From: Candidatus Sulfomarinibacteraceae bacterium
Lineage (GTDB): Bacteria > Acidobacteriota > Thermoanaerobaculia > Thermoanaerobaculales > Sulfomarinibacteraceae
DNA length: 64,000 nt
NCBI GenBank assembly: GCA_963796455.1
Contig: CAWCLO010000004.1
Coordinates: forward strand, 1,152,001-1,216,000
Direction of reading: 5' to 3'
This document shows, piece after piece, positions 58,243 through 64,000 of the stretch; the first letter of the stretch is position 1, and every line of letters begins with the position of its first letter. The notes under the pieces were generated by a model, which saw only the letters and a program-made list of their open reading frames with translations, ran no database searches and had not been told where the DNA came from. The position numbers and the translations under genes are program-made.

Positions 58243-60074
58243 TTGTCCGGACCGTCGTTCCACCACCGTGCCCAGGCCCTTTTCTGGGAACACAACCGGC
58301 CGCTTCGAGCGTTGGCCCGCCGGATACGCAGAACGCTCTCCCTGATCTTGTATCGACTCCGAGGCCGAGTCGTCGATGCGCAACCTCCCCGGGTGGTGGC
58401 CAAACCCAGCCCCAACCTGGACCAAACCATCCCCCATCCGGCCATCGCTGTAGAAATCGGGAATAGTGTTTCACGGCAGGGAGTGGAGGCCTTTCTCGAC
58501 GGCCAGACTGAGCGTTCGGTTGTTCAGGTATCAGAATCGGCGTCCGACCCCAGCTTTGTCATCACGGTCGGAACGGGATGCAGTCTTCTGCCGCCGACCC
58601 ATCTCGAATCGCTTCTGATGGCGGCCTGCGCAGAGGACCTCGATTGGACGATCGGAGGATGGGCAGGACCGGCCCCGGGGCGATTCGGGCCCACCGGCCG
58701 GACCGCTCGCGATGACCGCGTCGATCCGGCCTCGTATGTCCTCGTCAGACTCCCGCACGACGGTCGCTGCATCCGGCGCAAGCTCACCGGACGATCGGTT
58801 CCTCACATCTGTGACATCGCGCACCTCGAGCAACCGGTGCCGACCGCCGAACCGTTTTCGATCCGATCCGGAGCTCACCGCCTTCACCACCGCATCTCCT
58901 CTGGCAGCATTACAGAGACCCCGGTTTACGACATTGACAGCGTCATGGCCCATGTTCCACCGGTGGATGGACCAAGAACTGTCCTGTTCCTCCTCCCCTA
59001 TCTTGCGGTAGGTGGTGCGGAGGCTCTGCTTCAGACCCTCGTCCGAGGCTTTGGTGACCGCTATCGCGTGATCATCGCGACCACCGACCCCCATCTGCAG
59101 GCCCTCGGTCAAACCGTTGACCGTTTTCGGGAACTGTCGCCACAGGTGTACACCCTGGGCGACTGGTTGCCGAAGGAGGCGATTCCGTCAGCCATCCGCC
59201 ATCTGTTGCGGCGGTGGCAAGTTGAGAGCCTGGTGTGCTGGAACGGCAATGTCTTTTTTTATGATCATGTGGACTCGATCAAGCGCCATTTCCCGTCAAT
59301 CCGGACCATCAACCAGCTCTACAACCATCGTGGCGGTTGGATCGAACACTATTGCCCCACCATCGTGAAGGCCACCGATCTCCACATCGCCGTCAACAGT
59401 CCGATTGCCAGAGCACTGGCGGAGGAACGGGCGGTTCCCGAACCGTCGATCAATACCATCTTCCACGGTGTGGAAATCCCCGATCTGGCGGACAACGAGG
59501 AGCGTGACCGGAAGAAGGCTCGACTTCGTCTCGAACTGGGTCTCCCGAATGACGCGCTCGTGGTTGGATCGTTCATCCGCATGCATGCACAAAAACGGCC
59601 TCTCGACATCATCCGGGTGGCACGAAAAATGGTGGACGAAGGCATTCATTTTCTGCTCGTCGGTGGCGGGTCACTGGACCGGGAGGTGGACAAAGAAATC
59701 CAGATCAACGGCCCACCGAATCTCACCCGCTTGCCGATGAGGGAGGACGCCCGGGATCTCTACGACGCGATCGATATCTGCCTGATGACGTCTTCGTTCG
59801 AGGGGCTTCCGGTGTTCCTGCTCGACGGTCTCGCCCGGGCGCTCCCTTGTGTCGCTCCGGGAGTCGGAGACATCCCCCTTCTCCTCGGCAAGGGCGGTGG
59901 CGTCGTCACCGAGAGACCGGGTGACATCGACGCCCTGGTCGCCGGAATCCGGAAGCTCAAAGACCCTGGACTGCGCCGCGAAGAGGGCTCCGCGGGCGCT
60001 CCACGGTGATCTCCAACTACGGCAACGACAAATTTGTGTCGAACTACGAAACTGCTATCTTTCCTGCACCATGA
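58243..60074 (+). CDS. GT4 glycosyltransferase, paralog of the upstream gene; frameshift near 59988
   Basis: PYLAVGGAE, RMHAQKRPLD and SSFEGLPVF. Adding one base near 59988 gives ..RGRSTVISNYGNDKFVSNYETAIFPAP* whose TGA overlaps the next ATG (60071-60074). Confidence 0.8.
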
Positions 60075-61041
60075 ATGCACCAACGGTCAGCGTGCTCGTA
60101 CCCTCGTACAACCACGATCGCTTTATCGGCGAAGCAATCGCCAGCGCCCTCGCCACGGATCTGACAGCGTCGAAATCGTGATCGTGGACGACGGCTCGAC
60201 AGACGATCAACCAGGGACGTGCTCCAGCGCCTTTTCCCAGGATGACCGGGTTCGAGTCTTCGATCAGGAGAACCGGGGCGCCCACGCGGCACTCAACCGA
60301 TGCCTCGAACTCGCACGGGGTGAGTACCTCTTCATTCTCAACTCGGACGATGTCTATCCGCCGCAGCGGATTCCCCGTCTGGTCGCAGGAGCTGCAGGAA
60401 CACCCGGAAGCGGCGCTCGCCACGTCCTGGATCCAGATCATCGACGACGATGGCAAAGAGCTCGGGATCAAGGAGGCTGGCACAATCTGCCGCCGTGGGA
60501 GCCGCCCACGGAGGGCCCCTATCTTTCCGCCATTGGGGACCCGAAGCTTGCCATGCTCGAGACCAATTTTGTCTCAACGACCTCGAATCTCGCCTTCCGC
60601 CGTTCCCTGATCGAGAATCAGGGTCTCAGGTTTCAAGCCTCTGCGCTACGCCCACGACTGGGATTTCATCCTATCGGCCTGCCATCACGGAGATCTTCGG
60701 GTGGTCACGGACCCGTTGATCTCTACCGCGTCCATTCGACGAACACGATCAAGGAAGGTGCCGACTCCGGAGTCGGGCCGATGCGTTTCGAGATTCAGTG
60801 GGTGGTCGCCCGCCACGCCTATCGGCTGCTCAAATCAGCGGCCGGACCAAGGGACACGATTGACGACCTCATTCAACTCGCCTGGAACTCGATGCCGAGC
60901 TTCGGTTGTGACGGAATCCTCGACCGCCTCCTCGTGCTCCGGGGTGAAACGGACACTCCGCCGGCTACCTATGACGCGCTCATCGATCCCGACCATCCCC
61001 TGCACCGATCCGCGGTTGTCACCCTCGCCGCTGCGGATTAG
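60071..61041 (+). CDS. GT2 glycosyltransferase broken by several single-base indels (sequencing error or pseudogene)
   Basis: Segments VSVLVPSYNH, VEIVIVDDGSTD, ENRGAHAALN..LNSDD, ALATSWIQIID and LRYAHDWDF..YRVH are spread over three frames. Confidence 0.75.
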
Positions 61042-62226
61042 TCGGCCACCAATTCGTCGAAACTCCGCAGAGTCCTGGCGTCAACGGTGAGTTCCTGCCG
61101 CTTCAATTCTTCCAGAAAAGCACTGCAGCCCGTTGCCCACGAGATTGGTGAACCAGAAGGCGCATAGACGTCTGGCCGCCTTGTCGTTCTCACTGGCCGA
61201 AGCCATCCCCTTGAGGTATCCATATTGAAAGAGCTTGTGCAGCAGCGGATCAACGACCGAGGTCGCAGGCAAATCAAATTCGGCTGCGAGTTCCAGAACG
61301 CCCTCTTCCAAGGCCTCGAGCTTGTCTTCAACCGCGAGAACCCGCCGGCGCCTCGCCCCAAAGATGAGCTTTTCACGAATCCGGGAGCGCCGGATCTGCT
61401 GCGCTCCGATGTCGCGTCGGGTTTTCGGCCATTTCTCGATCAACACCGAGCCCATCTTGCCGCACGACATCTGGCGGGCGAAAAATGACGGCGCATCATA
61501 GGCGTGGTGGTGCCAGGCGCGGGCTGAGGCCCGATACACGATTCGCATCCCCCGACGCCGTAGCCGATACGAAAACTCGGCATCTTCGAATGCCGCGGCG
61601 GGGAAATCCTTGCTGAAACCGGTGAACTCCTCTTCGAGAAGCTTTCTGGAAGCCGAGACATTGCTTGTGTAAAAATGGCGATAGTCGTACTCGTCGCCAT
61701 CGGTCATGTAGTGAAAGCTGAACTGCTGGGCGCCGACACCGTCGACATGACGCATTGTGGACGTGAGTTCGAGATCAGGAGACCAGGAGATGTTGCCCAA
61801 AACGGCCCAGCGATCACTGATCATCCCTTTCCGGGCATCGAGATGGCTCTTGAGCAGATCCGGTGACGGCTCGATATCGTCACCGGTATAAAGGACCCAC
61901 TCCCCAGTAGCGGCCGCCAGGCCGTAGTTGCGCGCCACCGCGGGCCCCTGATTCTCCTGGCGGAGAACGACCAGCGAATACCTCGTGGGCTTTGTGGCGG
62001 CGAGCAGTTCGGATGTGCGATCACCAGATCCGTCGTCCACGACCACGATCTCAAAGGGGAGATCGTTGGGGGTCTGTCGTTCCCACGCCCGCAGCATCTT
62101 CTCCAATGTCGCGGCACGATTCCATGTGGGGATGATGACCGAAAACTTCGGAAGGGTGCTTTCACCATGCACTGAGTTGTGACTCCGATCACGCGTCGTG
62201 GTAACTGTCGCCGATTTCGTGTCCAT
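61038..62226 (-). CDS. GT2 glycosyltransferase; probable extra base near 61123
   Basis: FSVIIPTWNR, VVDDGS, NQGPAVARN, GDDIEP and FED.EFSYRL. The shifted tail AFLEELKRQELTVDARTLRSFDELVAD* ends at a TAA overlapping the convergent TAG. Uncorrected, the ORF ends at 61081. Confidence 0.82.
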
Positions 62227-62331
62227 CCTAACCCCAACCGCACTCCGGCACCAGGGTTTGCCGGATACTCTGTTTTCGACAAATGAGCGGAAGTCCTGAT
62301 ATGATAGTTCTGAGGGCGCTAGGAATTCAAT

Positions 62332-64000
62332 ATGTCAAAAATTGCCTATATTTCAAAAAATCCGCAGGTCGTCGCGTTCGCCGTCACCATACTGCTGGCG
62401 GCCGCCTCGATTGCCGATTGTGAGACCGTCATCACCGTTCCTGGTGACTACTCGACATTGAGCGCAGCGGTTGCCGCTGTGCCCCATGGTGGAGTCATCG
62501 AAATAGCTGCCGGCAGTTACTCCGGTGGGTTCAGCTACAACAACCTCGGCAAGGCCTTCACGATCAGAGCTGTTTCCCCGAACACGGTTTTTCTGGATGG
62601 CGGCGGCACCCAACCGGTTTTCCGCCTGCAGAACACGACGGTCTCGGCCGGTGGTCCCATCGTCTTTAAAAACCTCGTCTTTCGAAACGGAAGATCGACA
62701 ACCAGCGGCGTCGGCGGTGGCGTGACCTTGAGCCGGGCCGACGCCACCTTCATCGATTGTTCGTTTCTCGACAACACCTCAAACGCGATCACCGGCGGCG
62801 GAGGCGTCGCGGTGGTGACGGATTCCGCGGCCTATTTTGTGCGCTGCCTGTGGCAGGACAACGTAGCGACTCACGAGGGCGCCGGGCTCAGGGTCAACGA
62901 CGACGCGCTGGCTGTGGTGCATGATTCGAGGTTCATCGACAACTCGGCCAACCCCCCGAATCACCGCAACACGGCGGCCGGGGGCGGCGTTCACGTCGGG
63001 AACAGCATGTTTCGCGTGAGCGACAGTCGATTCGAGGGCAACACGGCGGGCTATGTGGGTGGCGGAATCTACGCCATCGGCAACTGGCAGGAGCCGGTCA
63101 CGACACCTCGATCCGTGGTCGTGGTGGCAAACTGCACGCTTGAAGACAATGCGGCAATTGCAGACGGTTCCGTTGACACGCCGACCCCACCCGAAGCCGG
63201 CGGGATCCATGTGGAGGATCAAAGCGCGGTCGCAATCTATGGTTCGCGCTTCGTTTTCAACACGGCCGAGAGGGGCGGAGCGGTCAACTCTTATCGCGCC
63301 GGAATCATCATTGAAGATTCGATCTTCCGCGGCAACTGGGTCGACGGAAGCAGCCCCTCAACCGGTTTTGGCGGCGCTATCGCGGTCACCTCAAGCGACA
63401 CCACGATCGATGGTTCGACCAATCGGCCCAATGGCACGCTGACAGTCTCCAACACCTTGATCCACGGCCGTTTTGATCCGGTGGGTGCTGTCGCCCAGGC
63501 CGGCGGCGGCGTCTACGTCGCGGGTGATGTCAACCGCGAATATGGTTTTGGAGGTGTCTCCAAGCTCGGTCCGACCTCGGTCAACCGCTCACCCGTGGTT
63601 CTCGATAATGTGGTCTTCTATGAGTGTGACGTCAACGATCCGCTAACCGCCAACAAGGGCCTCGGCGGCGGCATGAGCTTCGAACTCGGGCAGTTAACCG
63701 GCTCCGACCTCCTCGTCATTGACTCGGATGCAACCGGCGTCGAGAGCACCGGCGGGGCACTACGATTCGTCATTGAGTCTGCAGGTACCGTTGCAACGAG
63801 CACATTTGCGGCGAACTCTGCCGTTCGTTTCGGGGGCGCAGTCTTTGGTCAGGGAAGCGATCTCGATTTCAACCAATGCACTTTTCTCGAGAACGAAATC
63901 AGCCCGGGAACAAGTGAGACCGTGGGAGTGTCTTACGGTGCAGCGTTGTTCCTCGGTCCGATCGTGGGATATGCCGGTGTCGATATGCCGATGGATGGTG
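62332..64000 (+). CDS. Secreted right-handed beta-helix / polymorphic-membrane-protein-like repeat protein; partial, runs off the window end
   Basis: AGGA RBS then MSKIAYISKNPQVVAFAVTILLAAASIA..ITVPGDYSTLSAAV, followed by repeated F..N...GG(A/G)(I/V) motifs (FLDN..GGGGV, FEGN..GGGI, FRGN..FGGAI). The ORF track lists no stop-terminated ORF in this frame. Confidence 0.85.
   Translation, partial: MSKIAYISKNPQVVAFAVTILLAAASIADCETVITVPGDYSTLSAAVAAVPHGGVIEIAAGSYSGGFSYNNLGKAFTIRAVSPNTVFLDGGGTQPVFRLQNTTVSAGGPIVFKNLVFRNGRSTTSGVGGGVTLSRADATFIDCSFLDNTSNAITGGGGVAVVTDSAAYFVRCLWQDNVATHEGAGLRVNDDALAVVHDSRFIDNSANPPNHRNTAAGGGVHVGNSMFRVSDSRFEGNTAGYVGGGIYAIGNWQEPVTTPRSVVVVANCTLEDNAAIADGSVDTPTPPEAGGIHVEDQSAVAIYGSRFVFNTAERGGAVNSYRAGIIIEDSIFRGNWVDGSSPSTGFGGAIAVTSSDTTIDGSTNRPNGTLTVSNTLIHGRFDPVGAVAQAGGGVYVAGDVNREYGFGGVSKLGPTSVNRSPVVLDNVVFYECDVNDPLTANKGLGGGMSFELGQLTGSDLLVIDSDATGVESTGGALRFVIESAGTVATSTFAANSAVRFGGAVFGQGSDLDFNQCTFLENEISPGTSETVGVSYGAALFLGPIVGYAGVDMPMDG

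Overview
GC-rich bacterial window. Gene content and the recurring DGFESG motif suggest Acidobacteriota of the Thermoanaerobaculia type (inference only). The left 30 kb (minus strand) holds two operons of secreted proteins that sit behind near-identical 76-bp promoter copies. One operon is an LVIVD-repeat protein plus a plant-like LRR protein. The other is a 4577-aa multi-domain surface protein coupled (ATGA) to a >4100-aa Ig-repeat/DUF6531/YD-repeat (Rhs) protein that has one frameshift at ~4953 and runs off the window. The middle contains a flippase and pyruvyltransferase, then a Dnr/HcpR-type Crp regulator with two TTGAC-N4-GTCAA boxes in front of a 4Fe-4S membrane protein and an octaheme HAO-like cytochrome. 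It also has an ECF-type transporter whose T subunit is fused to an NTPase, repeat-rich spacers, housekeeping genes (TerC, META, NlpE-like, GNAT, radC, Fur family, NifU-like) and an ECF sigma/anti-sigma operon. At 47.5-49.6 kb a secreted metalloprotease ending in a DGFESG..W tag precedes a small secreted protein that looks like a beta-sandwich domain lacking exactly that first strand; this is the best candidate for an undescribed docking/display system. The right end is a methyltransferase/glycosyltransferase cluster with many single-base indels (probably sequencing errors) and a truncated beta-helix protein. No rRNA, tRNA, CRISPR array or transposase was found.
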